From positions 5,152,001 through 5,216,000 of the forward strand of contig OZ245002.1 in the NCBI GenBank assembly GCA_965223415.1: a stretch of DNA of 64,000 nt. Direction: 5' to 3'. The notes below the pieces were generated by a model. The model did not search any database and was not told where the DNA came from. It was given only the letters and a program-made list of their open reading frames with translations. The position numbers and the translations under genes are program-made. Origin of the DNA: Myxococcota bacterium. GTDB taxonomy: Bacteria; Myxococcota_A; UBA9160; UBA6930. Below, piece after piece: positions 29,598-40,724 of this stretch (position 1 is the first letter of the stretch; each line of letters opens with the position of its first letter).

Positions 29598-30178
29598 GAA
29601 CCCGAGCGCCGGCCCTGGGCCTCCTGGACGTCGAGCAGCTCCCAACCGTCGTCGAGGGCCTCCTGGGCGGCCGCCCGCGCCTCGTCCTCGTCGGCGGCCG
29701 CGAGCGTCAGCGTCCGGGTCCGGTTGCCCTGCCGGACCCGAACACGGTAGGTGCGTGGATCGGAGCTGGCGGCCGACTCCCGGATCGCGTCCGACAGCTC
29801 GGCCCGAAGCCGGGTCAGCCGCGCCCGCTCCGGCGAAGCCGGCTCGACCGGGGGCGCGCTGTCGCGCTTCGCGGTCATGTCCGGCAGGAGATCGAGGTAC
29901 TCGGGGCCGGGATCCTCGACGATGCAGCCGTAGCCGTAGCTCTCTCCGCCGCGAAACCGCACCCGGCGCTGGTGCCAGACGACGGCGGACACCTGCACCG
30001 ACCGGCCCAGCCCCGCGAACTCCAGCCTGACAGGCGTTGCGGGCTCGAGATCGGCCTTGCAGACGAAGGCCAACCCTCCCTCCGAGAGGTCGAGAATCAT
30101 ACCCTCGTGCTTCTTCTTCGCGACGAGGATCCGGCACTGGGCCCGCCGCTGGATCCGATGGCTCTTCCGGCGCTCCAC
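29594..30178 (-). CDS. PilZ domain protein
   Basis: ERRKSHR (RxxxR) and DLSEGG (D/NxSxxG) c-di-GMP-binding motifs. Confidence 0.85.
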   Translation of the reverse strand: MERRKSHRIQRRAQCRILVAKKKHEGMILDLSEGGLAFVCKADLEPATPVRLEFAGLGRSVQVSAVVWHQRRVRFRGGESYGYGCIVEDPGPEYLDLLPDMTAKRDSAPPVEPASPERARLTRLRAELSDAIRESAASSDPRTYRVRVRQGNRTRTLTLAAADEDEARAAAQEALDDGWELLDVQEAQGRRSGS

Positions 30179-30227
30179 ACCCCCTCTTCGGCCCTCGGAG
30201 CGCGTGGCTTGACCGGTCTCGCTCCTT

Positions 30228-31280
30228 CTACAGCGCGGCCTTCGCGGCCTTCCCGCCCTTGCCCTTTCCCTTGGCCTTCGGCTTGCCCTTCCCCTTGGCG
30301 GGCGAGGTCGACGGGGCGGCCGCCGTCGGTGTCCCGCCGAAGCGGGACTCGAGCCAGAGCAGGGTCGGGCCGGCGATGTAGATCGACGAGTAGGTGCCGA
30401 CCGCGACGCCGATGGTCATGGCCAGGGCGAAGGGGCGCACCACCTCGCCACCCAGGAAGAGCAGGCAGAGCACCGCCGCGAGCGTGGTGATCGACGTCAG
30501 CACGGTGCGCGAGAGCGTCTGGTTGACGCTGCGGTTCAGCACGTCCAGCAGGTCGAACTTCGTGCGCAGCTCCATGTTCTCGCGCACCCGGTCGTAGACG
30601 ATGATCGTGTCATTCAGGCTGTAGCCGATGATCGCCAGCAGGGCCGCCAGGACGCGCAGGTCGAACTCGAGGCCGAGCAGCACCCAGAGGCTGCAGGTGA
30701 TCAGCACATCGTGCAGCAGGGCTACGACCGCGCCGGGCGCGAAACGCGTGGAGAAGCGGAAAGCGATGTAGGCGAGAATCAGGACACCCGCGATCAGCAT
30801 CGCCCGCAGGCCGTCCTCGCGCAGCTCGGCGCCGACCTTCGGGCCGACGAAATCGACCCGCTGCCGGTCGTGGCCGCCGATCTCCCCGGTCAGGGCCTCG
30901 TCGAGGGCGATGATCCGGTCGGTGGAGGCGTCGACCTTGCCGCTCTCCTCCAGCGGCAGGCCCTCCTCCTGGGCGATGCGCCGCTCCCCCGGGAACTTGA
31001 TCAGGAACTCCTGGGTATCGGCCGGCCCGTAACGGATCACGCTGGCACCGTCGATGTCCAGGGTGTCGAGCACGCTGCGGATGGCGCCTTCGTCGGTGGT
31101 GACCCCCTCGTGGAAGCGGATCTGCACCTCGGTGCCGCCGGCGAAGTCGATGCCCAGCTGGACGCCGCGGGTCGCCACGCCCACCAGGCCGGCGGCGATG
31201 ATCGCCAGCGAGACCGCGACGCACACGCGCCACTTGCCGATGAAGTCGATGTGGGTACCGGGCTTGATGATCTCGATCAC
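30228..31280 (-). CDS. secF: Protein translocase subunit SecF
   Basis: GIDFAGG, VGPKVG, GYSLNDTIIVYDRVREN, GTYSSIYIA. Confidence 0.96.
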   Translation of the reverse strand: MIEIIKPGTHIDFIGKWRVCVAVSLAIIAAGLVGVATRGVQLGIDFAGGTEVQIRFHEGVTTDEGAIRSVLDTLDIDGASVIRYGPADTQEFLIKFPGERRIAQEEGLPLEESGKVDASTDRIIALDEALTGEIGGHDRQRVDFVGPKVGAELREDGLRAMLIAGVLILAYIAFRFSTRFAPGAVVALLHDVLITCSLWVLLGLEFDLRVLAALLAIIGYSLNDTIIVYDRVRENMELRTKFDLLDVLNRSVNQTLSRTVLTSITTLAAVLCLLFLGGEVVRPFALAMTIGVAVGTYSSIYIAGPTLLWLESRFGGTPTAAAPSTSPAKGKGKPKAKGKGKGGKAAKAAL

Positions 31281-31289
31281 GAGCGACTC

Positions 31290-32860
<1,571 letters not shown>

Positions 32861-32864
<4 letters not shown>

Positions 32865-33181
32865 TCCGCCGATCCCTTCTTCTCGACCTTCCGCTCCACG
32901 CGGGCGCGGTCGACCTTGACCTTGAGCTGGCCCTTCTGGGCCCCGACGTCCAGGGTGAGGACCTCGTCGGAGCTGCCCACCACCTCGCCGTGGAGACCGC
33001 CGGTCGTGACGACCCGGTCGCCCTTCTGGATCGACTCGAGCATCGCGTCGTGCTCCTTCTGGCGCTTCGTCTGCGGCCGGATCATCAGGAAGTAGAAGAT
33101 GAGGAAGAGCGCCCCGATGAACATGAAGTCGCCGGCGTCCCAGCCGGGGCCGGCCTGGAGGAGCAGGGGCGCGATACCCAC
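32861..33181 (-). CDS. yajC: Preprotein translocase subunit YajC
   Basis: FYFLMIRPQTKRQKEH..KGDRVVTTGGLHG; directly upstream of secD. Confidence 0.93.
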
Positions 33182-33183
33182 GG

Positions 33184-34338
33184 CTAGGCGTCTCGCCGGA
33201 TGGCGTCGGCCTTCGCCGTGGACTCCCAGGGGAAGCCCTCGCGCCCGAAATGGCCGTGGTAGGAGGTCGGCCGGTAGATCGGGGTCCGCAGGCCGAGGGA
33301 ATCGATGATGCCCGCCGGGGTGAGGTCGAAGTGCTTGCGCACGAGCCGCTCGAGCTCCACCCGGTCGGCATCGCCGGTGCCGAAGGTGTCGACCCGCACC
33401 GAGACCGGCTCCGCCACGCCGATGGCATAGGCGAGCTGCACCTCGCAGCGCGTCGCGACGCCCGCCGCCACCAGGTTCTTCGCCACCCAGCGGGCTGCGT
33501 AAGCGGCGCTGCGGTCGACCTTGCTCGGGTCCTTGCCCGAGAACGCCCCGCCGCCGTGGCGGCCCATGCCGCCGTAGGTGTCGACGATGATCTTGCGGCC
33601 GGTCAGGCCCGCGTCGCCCATCGGGCCGCCGACCACGAAGCGCCCGGTGGGGTTGATGTGGAAGACGGTGTCGTCGTCGACGAGCTCCGCCGGGAGAGTC
33701 GGGCGGATCACCTGCTCGATGATGTCGCTGCGGATGCGGTCGTAGGTGGCCTCGGGGGCGTGCTGGGTGGAGAGCACGACCGCCGAGATGTGGACCGGCT
33801 GGTCCCCGTCGTACTCGATCGACACCTGGCTCTTGGCATCGGGGCGCAGGTAGTCGATCTCGCCGCTCTCGAGCTGGCCCCGGTGGGCCTCGATCAGCTT
33901 GTGGGCGTAGAGGATCGGCATGGGCATGAGCTCGGGGGTCTCGGTGCAGGCGAAGCCGAACATCATCCCCTGGTCGCCGGCGCCCTGCTCCTTGTGCAGG
34001 CCTTCGCCTTCCGAGACGCCCTGGGAGATGTCCGGGGACTGCTGACCCAGGGCGATCTGCACCGCGCAGGTCGAGGCGTCGAAGCCCATCTCGGAGCTCG
34101 TGTAGCCGATGTCGTGGACGACGCTGCGGATCAGCGGCCCGAGCTCTACCCGGGCCTTGGTCGTCACCTCGCCGGCGATCATCACCAGGCCCGTGGTGGT
34201 GAGGGTCTCGCAGGCGACCCGGGAGTGCGGATCCTGGGCCAGCATGGCGTCGAGCACCGCGTCGGAGACCTGATCGCAGAGCTTGTCCGGGTGGCCCATC
34301 GAGACGGACTCGGACGTGAAGACGGAGCGGGCAGCCAT
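33184..34338 (-). CDS. metK: S-adenosylmethionine synthetase
   Basis: [35 protein letters not shown]. Confidence 0.98.
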   Translation of the reverse strand: MAARSVFTSESVSMGHPDKLCDQVSDAVLDAMLAQDPHSRVACETLTTTGLVMIAGEVTTKARVELGPLIRSVVHDIGYTSSEMGFDASTCAVQIALGQQSPDISQGVSEGEGLHKEQGAGDQGMMFGFACTETPELMPMPILYAHKLIEAHRGQLESGEIDYLRPDAKSQVSIEYDGDQPVHISAVVLSTQHAPEATYDRIRSDIIEQVIRPTLPAELVDDDTVFHINPTGRFVVGGPMGDAGLTGRKIIVDTYGGMGRHGGGAFSGKDPSKVDRSAAYAARWVAKNLVAAGVATRCEVQLAYAIGVAEPVSVRVDTFGTGDADRVELERLVRKHFDLTPAGIIDSLGLRTPIYRPTSYHGHFGREGFPWESTAKADAIRRDA

Positions 34339-34403
34339 CGGGTGTTCTCCTCGGAGGGCGCCCGGGAAGGGGGGCGGGCGGCGGCTTCGGGTGGCGGGCG
34401 CGG

Positions 34404-34432
34404 AGGGTAGGAGACGGGCCCTGGATGGGCAA
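34404..34432 (-). promoter_or_regulatory. Sigma-70-type promoter for metK-yajC-secDF
   Basis: Minus strand TTGCCC-17 nt-TACCCT, then a leader with GAGGAG RBS. Confidence 0.5.
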
Positions 34433-34789
34433 TGAAAACGGGGGGTTCCGGGGGTGGGGGGCTTTCTGCGGGGTGTCTCTTGCGGGGGACCGGGACGGGG
34501 CCGGGTGGCGGTGCTTGCGCTGGTCTCCTTGGCACCCGGGTGTGCGAGACAGGGCCCTTCCTTGCTCGAGAGTCGGCTCCGGGGATGCTTGGAGCTCCAG
34601 GGCCTTGGGCGCCCCTGGCGGGGCGTTCGGGCACCTGGGGCCGTTGGGCGGGATCCGTCGCTCGCTTCAGCACCGCCACCCGTCCCAGGCTCGCGTGCCG
34701 ATTCGAGGTGGGCGCGGTGGTAGGTGGCGTCCCACCACGGCCCGGGGTGGCGGGAGGGTGGAGCCGGTGCGTGGGGTGGGGAGCGGTGA

Positions 34790-35068
34790 TCAGGTGCCGG
34801 AGGTTTCGGGGCGTTCGATGAGGGCGCCCAGGGCGGTGAGGGCCTGTTCGGCGTCGGGGCCGGTGGCGCGGAGGCGGAGGGTGGTGCCGCGGGAGGCGGC
34901 GAGGCTCAGCAGGGAGAGGACCGAGCGTCCGCTCACCCACTCGCCGCCCCGGGAGACCTCGATCTCGGCCTCGAAGCGGCCGGCCAGGTTCGCGAACTCG
35001 CCGGCCGGGCGGGCGTGGAGGCCGAGCTCGCTGGCTACCACGAACTTCTTCTCGATCGGCTCGCTCAT
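34790..35068 (-). CDS. ptsH: HPr phosphocarrier protein
   Basis: GLHARPA (His15) and [10 protein letters not shown] (Ser46 region). Confidence 0.93.
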   Translation of the reverse strand: MSEPIEKKFVVASELGLHARPAGEFANLAGRFEAEIEVSRGGEWVSGRSVLSLLSLAASRGTTLRLRATGPDAEQALTALGALIERPETSGT

Positions 35069-35490
35069 CCGCTGGTGTCCGAAGAGCCCCGCTCCGGGAG
35101 CAGCTCACTCGCGACCTTGATGTCGCGCTGGCCGTAGTCCCGGATCTTTCGTGCGAGTTGTTCCAGGGGCGGCGCGTCGCTCCAGGTGGCGAGCTTGATC
35201 AGCATGGGCAGGTTCACGCCGCTCACCACCTCGACCCGGTGCTCGTCCAGGAAGGAGAGGCTCATGTTCGAGGGCGTGCCCCCGAACATGTCCGTCAGGA
35301 TGAGGACGCCCTCCCCCTGATCGACGGTCTCCATGCGCTCGGAGATGGCGGCGCGCATCTCGTCCACCGTCTGCTTGGGATCGATGCTCACCGCCTGGAA
35401 CGGGGGCGCTTCCGGAACGATCAGGCGCAGGGCCTGGAGCATCTCCTCGCCGAGCCGATAGTGCGAGACGATCAGGACACCGGTGTTCAC
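35065..35490 (-). CDS. PTS EIIA, mannose/fructose-type
   Basis: LIVSH, ILTDMFGGTPSN, VSGVNLPMLIK. Confidence 0.92.
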   Translation of the reverse strand: MNTGVLIVSHYRLGEEMLQALRLIVPEAPPFQAVSIDPKQTVDEMRAAISERMETVDQGEGVLILTDMFGGTPSNMSLSFLDEHRVEVVSGVNLPMLIKLATWSDAPPLEQLARKIRDYGQRDIKVASELLPERGSSDTSG

Positions 35491-35541
35491 GTCAGCTTCT
35501 CCACTTCGGTCGGAATCGCCGCCTCACGTCAGCTTCTCCAC
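35487..35541. repeat. 18-bp direct repeat (37-bp period) at the rapZ/EIIA junction
   Basis: TCACGTCAGCTTCTCCAC at 35487-35504 and 35524-35541. Confidence 0.88.
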
Positions 35542-36393
35542 GTCACGGTGGGTGACGTTCACTTCGCGCCCCAGCTCGTCGAGCCAGCCGCGGACGGCCT
35601 CGACGATCGCCACCGAACGGTGCCGGCCGCCGGTGCAGCCGATGCCAACGGTGAGATAGGCCTTGCCCTCGTCGTCGTAGCACGGGAGCAGGAACTCCAG
35701 GAGCTTGTGGAGGTGCCCCAGCAGGGCCTGGGTGCGCCCGTCCTTCATCACGTAGGCGGCCACCGCCGGGTCGCGGCCGGTCCCCGGGCGCAGGGCAGGC
35801 TCGAAGTGGGGATTCGGCAGGAAGCGCACGTCGAAGAGCAGCTCCGCCGCGGTCGGGACGCCGTAGCGGAAGCCGAAGGAGGTGAGGTTGACGATGGTCT
35901 GGCGGGTGTGGCCGGCCACCGAGCTCACCACCGTCTCGCGCAGCTCGTGCACGTTCAGGTCGCTGGTGTCGATGGTGACGTCCGCCAGGCTGGAGACGTC
36001 CGTTAGGAGCTCGCGCTCGGTCTGGATGCCCGCCTCCACGGAGCCGTCGGGTGCCAGCGGGTGGACGCGGCGGGTCTCCCGGTAGCGGTTCACCAGCACG
36101 TCGTTGGCGCACTCGAGGAAGACCACCGTGACGGCCGCGCCGGAGCGGCGGAGATCTTCCACCACCGCCGGAATGCCGCGCAGGAAGGCGCTCTCGCGGG
36201 CGTCGATGGCGAGGGCCACCTTCGTGATCGGCGGCGTGGAGCCGGCGCACAGGTCGAGGAACTGGGGCGTGAGCGGCGCCGGCAGGTTGTCGACGCAGTA
36301 GAACGACAGGTCCTCGAGGGCCGCCATCGCGGTGCTCTTGCCGCTGCCCGAGAGGCCGCTGACGAAGATCACCCTCTGGTCCGCCGCGTTCAT
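35524..36393 (-). CDS. rapZ: RNase adapter RapZ (YvcJ family P-loop protein)
   Basis: SGLSGSGKS, CVDNLP, SFGFRYG, DVRFLPNP, GCTGGRHRSV. Confidence 0.95.
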   Translation of the reverse strand: MNAADQRVIFVSGLSGSGKSTAMAALEDLSFYCVDNLPAPLTPQFLDLCAGSTPPITKVALAIDARESAFLRGIPAVVEDLRRSGAAVTVVFLECANDVLVNRYRETRRVHPLAPDGSVEAGIQTERELLTDVSSLADVTIDTSDLNVHELRETVVSSVAGHTRQTIVNLTSFGFRYGVPTAAELLFDVRFLPNPHFEPALRPGTGRDPAVAAYVMKDGRTQALLGHLHKLLEFLLPCYDDEGKAYLTVGIGCTGGRHRSVAIVEAVRGWLDELGREVNVTHRDVEKLT

Positions 36394-36941
36394 CCCCGGG
36401 TCCCCGATCGGAAACGCTCGTCCAAGCGCTCGGCCGCGCTGCCGTGGAGGCCGCGCTGGAGGTGATCGCGCACGGCCACCTCCACGAGGGTGGCCATGTT
36501 GCCCGACGGGCGCACCGGGAGGATGACCGCCGGGAGCTCGACCCCGGCCACCTCCTCCCGCGGCCGGTCGTGGCCGATCCGCTCGTACGCCTGGCCCTCC
36601 TGCCAGTGCTCCATCCGGCAGACCAGCTCGACGCGAGTCCGATCCTGCACCGCCCGCTCGCCGAACAGCTCGGGGACGTAGAGCAGCCCGATGCCCCGGA
36701 TCTCCATGTGGTGGCGGATCAGGTCCGGCGCCTGGCCGAGCAGCGTGCCGTCGCCCTGGGCGACGATCTCGACCACATCGTCGGCCACGAGGCGGTGGCC
36801 ACGGTGGACCAGCTCGAGGGCGGTCTCGCTCTTGCCCACGCCGCTCTTGCCCTGGATCAGCGCACCCACGCCCAGCACCTGGACCAGCGCTGCATGGATC
36901 CGCACCGGCGCCCCCCCGCCCCCGGTGCCCGGCCCGGTCAT
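36390..36941 (-). CDS. hprK: HPr kinase/phosphorylase, catalytic domain only
   Basis: GKSGVGKSETALEL..GHRLVADD, HHMEIRGIG, PVRPSGN; no N-terminal domain. Confidence 0.88.
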   Translation of the reverse strand: MTGPGTGGGGAPVRIHAALVQVLGVGALIQGKSGVGKSETALELVHRGHRLVADDVVEIVAQGDGTLLGQAPDLIRHHMEIRGIGLLYVPELFGERAVQDRTRVELVCRMEHWQEGQAYERIGHDRPREEVAGVELPAVILPVRPSGNMATLVEVAVRDHLQRGLHGSAAERLDERFRSGTRG

Positions 36942-36978
36942 CCGGCGCCCGCTGCGGCCGGCCGGCGGCCTGCCACGG

Positions 36979-37440
36979 TCAGAACTTCCCGTCCTCTTCC
37001 TCGATCGCCTGGAGGACATCCTCCAGGGTCGAGGCCTCCTCCAGGGCCTTGCGGAACGAAGCGTCCCGGAAGAACCGCGAGATCCGGGCCAGGGCCTTCA
37101 GGTGCTGGCCGCCGGAGTGCTCCGGGACGACCAGCAGGAAGAACAGGTGGGTCTTCTGGCCATCGATGGAGTCGAAGTCCACGCCGGCCTTGCTGCGGGC
37201 GAAGGAGGCGACCAGCCGGGAGAGCCCGGCCAGCTTGCCGTGGGGGATGGCCACGCCGTCGCCGATTCCGGTGCTCTGGAGCTTCTCGCGCTCGACCAGG
37301 ACCTGGAGCAGCCGGTCCGGGTCGAGATCCCGCTCCGCAGCAGCCAGCCTCCCGGCCAGCTCCCGCAGGACCTCTTCCTTCTCCTGTGCTGCGATATCCA
37401 GGATCACGGCGTCCCTGGCGAGGATGTCCATGATCTTCAT
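36979..37440 (-). CDS. ptsN: PTS EIIA-Ntr
   Basis: EREKLQSTGIGDGVAIPH, VDFDSIDG, HLKALARISR. Confidence 0.92.
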   Translation of the reverse strand: MKIMDILARDAVILDIAAQEKEEVLRELAGRLAAAERDLDPDRLLQVLVEREKLQSTGIGDGVAIPHGKLAGLSRLVASFARSKAGVDFDSIDGQKTHLFFLLVVPEHSGGQHLKALARISRFFRDASFRKALEEASTLEDVLQAIEEEDGKF

Positions 37441-37471
37441 GAGGGTCCCCCGGGCGGCAGCGCCGCCGAAG

Positions 37472-38932
37472 CTAGCCGACCTGCCTTCGTCGCGTCGAGG
37501 AGAGGATATTCATGGATTCCCGGTACTTCGTCACGGTGCGCCGGGCGATGTCGATATTGGCGGTCTTGAGCATCTCGGCGATCCGCTGGTCCGAGAGCGG
37601 GCGCCGGCCGTCCTCGTTGGCGATGATCTTGCGGATCTTCTCCTTCACGCTCTCGCTGGCGATCGCCTCGCCTTGCACCCGGTTGATGCTCGAGTTGAAG
37701 AAGTACTTGAGCTCGAAGATGCCCTGGGGCGTGTGGCAGTACTTGTTCGTGGTGACGCGGCTGACCGTGGACTCGTGCATGCCGATGTCGTCGGCCACGT
37801 CCCGCAGGTTCAGCGGCTTGAGGTAGGCGATGCCCTGCTCGAAGAACTCCCGCTGGTGACGGATGATGCTCTCCATCACCTTGTAGATCGTGCGCTGACG
37901 CTGGTGGATCGACTTGATCAGCCACATGGCCGCCCGGACCTTCTCCTGGACGTAGTCCCGGGTGTCCTTCTCGACGGAGCGGTCCTTCGCGAGCACGTCG
38001 CGGTAGAGGCTGTTGATCTTGAGCTTGGGTAACCCGTCCTCGTTCAGCACGATGTGGAACTCGTCACCGACCTTGTAGACGTAGATGTCCGGCGTGATGT
38101 AGATCGGCTCGTCGCCGCCGTAGGCCCGGCCGGGGCGCGGCTCGAGCTGGGCCACGACGTTCGCGGCGGCGGCCACCTCCTCGAGGGTGACCGAGAGCTC
38201 CCGGGCGACGCGGCGGAAGTCGCGCTTCTGGAGCGCATCGAGGTACTCGTCGATCAGGGTGCGGACCAGCGGATCCTTGATGCCCAGGGGAGCGAGCTGG
38301 TTCTGCAGGCACTCGCGAAGGTCCCGGGCGGCGACGCCCGGCGGGTCCAGGCGCTGCACCCGGGCCAGGGCCCGCTCCACGTCCTTCTCGTCCACGCCGG
38401 ACTGACGGGCGATCTCCTCGACGGTGGCGCGCAGGAAGCCGTTATCGTCCAGGTTCCCCAGGATCCAGCCCGCAGCGACCTTCTCCTCCTCCGGGAGGTC
38501 CGAGAGCGAGATCTGCCACTCCAGGTGGTCCTGGAGGGTTTCGCGCTTCGTGAGCGTCGCTTCGAAGCCGGGGCGCTCGTCGTCGTTCCGAATCACCGCG
38601 GAGCCCATGCCCGTCTGGGGGTAGGCGTCCATGTAGTTCTGCCAGTCGATGTCCGCGATCTTGTCGACGTCGGACGCCTCGCGGGGCTCGGTCGTGTCGG
38701 ACGACGCGTCGGCGGCCGCGGTCTCCGGCGCCTCTTCCTCCCGGCCGACCTCCTTGGGGAGCTCCTCGTCCACCTCGAGCACCTCGAGAACCGGGTTCTC
38801 CTGGAGCTCCTGGTGGACGGTCTGTTCGAGCTCGAGCCGCGAGAGCTGGAGCAGCTTGATCGCCTGCTGCAGCTGGGGCGTCATCACCAGCTGCTGGGAC
38901 AGCTTCAGCTGCTGCTTGAGCTCGATCGCCAT
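37472..38932 (-). CDS. rpoN: RNA polymerase sigma-54 factor
   Basis: MTPQLQQAIKLLQL, HESTVSRVT, RpoN box ARRTVTKYRE. Confidence 0.98.
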   Translation of the reverse strand: MAIELKQQLKLSQQLVMTPQLQQAIKLLQLSRLELEQTVHQELQENPVLEVLEVDEELPKEVGREEEAPETAAADASSDTTEPREASDVDKIADIDWQNYMDAYPQTGMGSAVIRNDDERPGFEATLTKRETLQDHLEWQISLSDLPEEEKVAAGWILGNLDDNGFLRATVEEIARQSGVDEKDVERALARVQRLDPPGVAARDLRECLQNQLAPLGIKDPLVRTLIDEYLDALQKRDFRRVARELSVTLEEVAAAANVVAQLEPRPGRAYGGDEPIYITPDIYVYKVGDEFHIVLNEDGLPKLKINSLYRDVLAKDRSVEKDTRDYVQEKVRAAMWLIKSIHQRQRTIYKVMESIIRHQREFFEQGIAYLKPLNLRDVADDIGMHESTVSRVTTNKYCHTPQGIFELKYFFNSSINRVQGEAIASESVKEKIRKIIANEDGRRPLSDQRIAEMLKTANIDIARRTVTKYRESMNILSSTRRRQVG

Positions 38933-38954
38933 GGGTTCGGGGCCGTTCTCACGC

Positions 38955-39686
38955 CTATCCGAGCTGGAAGTTCTCGCCCAGGTAGATCTCGCGGACCTTC
39001 GGGTCCCCCGCGATCTCCTCGGGCGTGCCGTGCCGGATGATCCGGCCGTCCTTGATGATGTAGGCCCGGTCGCAGATCTCGAGGGTCTCGCGGACCTTGT
39101 GCTCGGTGATCACGATGCCGATGCCTCGGAGCTTGAGCTGCTCGACGATCTTCTGGATGTCGATCACGGCGATCGGGTCGATGCCGGTGAACGGCTCGTC
39201 CAGCAGCAGGTATTTGGGATCCAGGACCAGGGCGCGGGCGATCTCGACCCGGCGGCGCTCGCCGCCGGAGAGCGAGTCCGCTCGCTGTCCGGCCTTATCG
39301 GCGATTCCGAGCTCGGACAGCAGCTGTTCCAGGCGCTCCCGGCGCCGCCGGCCGTCGGGCTCCACGGTCTCGAGGATGGCGTTGACGTTGTCGGCCACCG
39401 AGAGCTTGCGAAAGACCGAGGGTTCCTGGGGCAGATACACCACGCCGAGCCGCGCCCGCTGGAACATGGGCAGGTCGGTCACGTCCCGGTCCCCGAGGAT
39501 CACCCGCCCGGCCGTGGGCCGGATCCCGCCGACGATCATGTTGAAGGTCGTGGTCTTGCCGGCGCCGTTCGGGCCCAGGAGGCCCACGATCTCTCCCGGG
39601 TGCACCTCCAGGTCCAGTCCGTCGACGACGTTGCGTTCGCCGTAGCGCTTGGTGATGCCCTCGGTCGTGATCTGGGCCGGGTTCAT
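38955..39686 (-). CDS. lptB: LPS export ABC transporter ATP-binding protein
   Basis: GPNGAGKT, YLPQEPSVFRKL, LSGGERRR, LDEPFTGIDP; upstream of rpoN. Confidence 0.95.
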   Translation of the reverse strand: MNPAQITTEGITKRYGERNVVDGLDLEVHPGEIVGLLGPNGAGKTTTFNMIVGGIRPTAGRVILGDRDVTDLPMFQRARLGVVYLPQEPSVFRKLSVADNVNAILETVEPDGRRRRERLEQLLSELGIADKAGQRADSLSGGERRRVEIARALVLDPKYLLLDEPFTGIDPIAVIDIQKIVEQLKLRGIGIVITEHKVRETLEICDRAYIIKDGRIIRHGTPEEIAGDPKVREIYLGENFQLG

Positions 39687-40684
39687 CGGCCGGCTCCCGC
39701 TCCCGCCGCGGCGCCCGCAGCCGGCGGCGTGCCGCAGCCCGGCTCGTCCGGCCGGATGCGCACGTCCGCCGCGCCTTCCACGTTCATCACCTCGGTATCC
39801 AGGTGGAAGATGATCGTCTCGCCGCGGACCTCGTCACAGCCTTGCTCGAGGCGGGCGAGGGTGCCGGTGCACTCGACCCGCTGATCCGCCCGGAAGAAAA
39901 TGGCCTGCTTGCAGTAGGCCACCCGGTCCTCCTGCTCGAGGCGGACCCGACCGGTGGCGATCATGCGATCCGGCGAGCTCCGGCCGGGCGGGTAGAACGC
40001 CACCATCTTGCGGGAGGTCACGATCAGGTCGTCCTGCACGGCGCGGACGTTGCCCCGGAACACGAACTTGCGGCTGTCGCCCTCGCTGAGCGACTCGAGC
40101 TGATCGGCCTTGATCGAGATCGGCGCGTTGTCGTCGTAGCGACCGCCACTCGAGGGCGCGGCCTTGGGGGCGGGCGCGCTCACGGAAGGCGTGCGGCTCG
40201 CCACCTGCGGGGCCTGGGCGCCGTCCCCGACCCGCTCGACGACCTGGTCGGCGAGCGCCTCGATGGCGCGGCCCAGGTCCTCCACCCGCGTCACCTCTTC
40301 GACGAGGGGCGCGCCCAGCAGGCCGCCGCGGGCATCGTAGAGGCGCGCGTCCACCGAGAGGGAACGGCCGAGGCGGGTCGTCTTGCCGACCACCACCGCG
40401 CCCACGCCGGCTCCTTCGGCCCAGCCGGCCAGGTCCTTCGCGGACGGATCGGGATTCGGCGCCGCTCCCATCTCCGACGGCCCGACCACCTTCTGGACGC
40501 CCCGGGTGCCGAGGCGTTGGGCCAGGCGCGTCGCGACGTCGGGCACCACCTGCCCGCGAGCGGCGACGCGCTCGAAGGGCGCCACACCGATCGCCACCTC
40601 GGCCGAGGCCGTGGCGCCCAGGCCGACCGACACCAGGAGAGCTGTGGCGAGCACCACCGAGCCGCGCAGTCCGTTTCGGTTCAT
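39683..40684 (-). CDS. lptA: LptA/OstA periplasmic LPS transporter with an extra N-terminal alpha/beta domain
   Basis: C-terminal PISIKADQL..VFRGNVRAVQDD..ATGRVRLEQ..VRGETI; lies between lptC and lptB. Confidence 0.8.
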   Translation of the reverse strand: MNRNGLRGSVVLATALLVSVGLGATASAEVAIGVAPFERVAARGQVVPDVATRLAQRLGTRGVQKVVGPSEMGAAPNPDPSAKDLAGWAEGAGVGAVVVGKTTRLGRSLSVDARLYDARGGLLGAPLVEEVTRVEDLGRAIEALADQVVERVGDGAQAPQVASRTPSVSAPAPKAAPSSGGRYDDNAPISIKADQLESLSEGDSRKFVFRGNVRAVQDDLIVTSRKMVAFYPPGRSSPDRMIATGRVRLEQEDRVAYCKQAIFFRADQRVECTGTLARLEQGCDEVRGETIIFHLDTEVMNVEGAADVRIRPDEPGCGTPPAAGAAAGAGAGR

Positions 40685-40724
40685 CGTTTCCCGTCCTTGT
40701 TGCAGGGCCCCGGCCGAGTCGCGC

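Noticed and set aside
34339..34440. SAM riboswitch ahead of metK
   Set aside because: No SAM-I core (ATC..GAG, kink-turn, GAT) is seen on the coding strand, and the predicted promoter leaves only a short leader.
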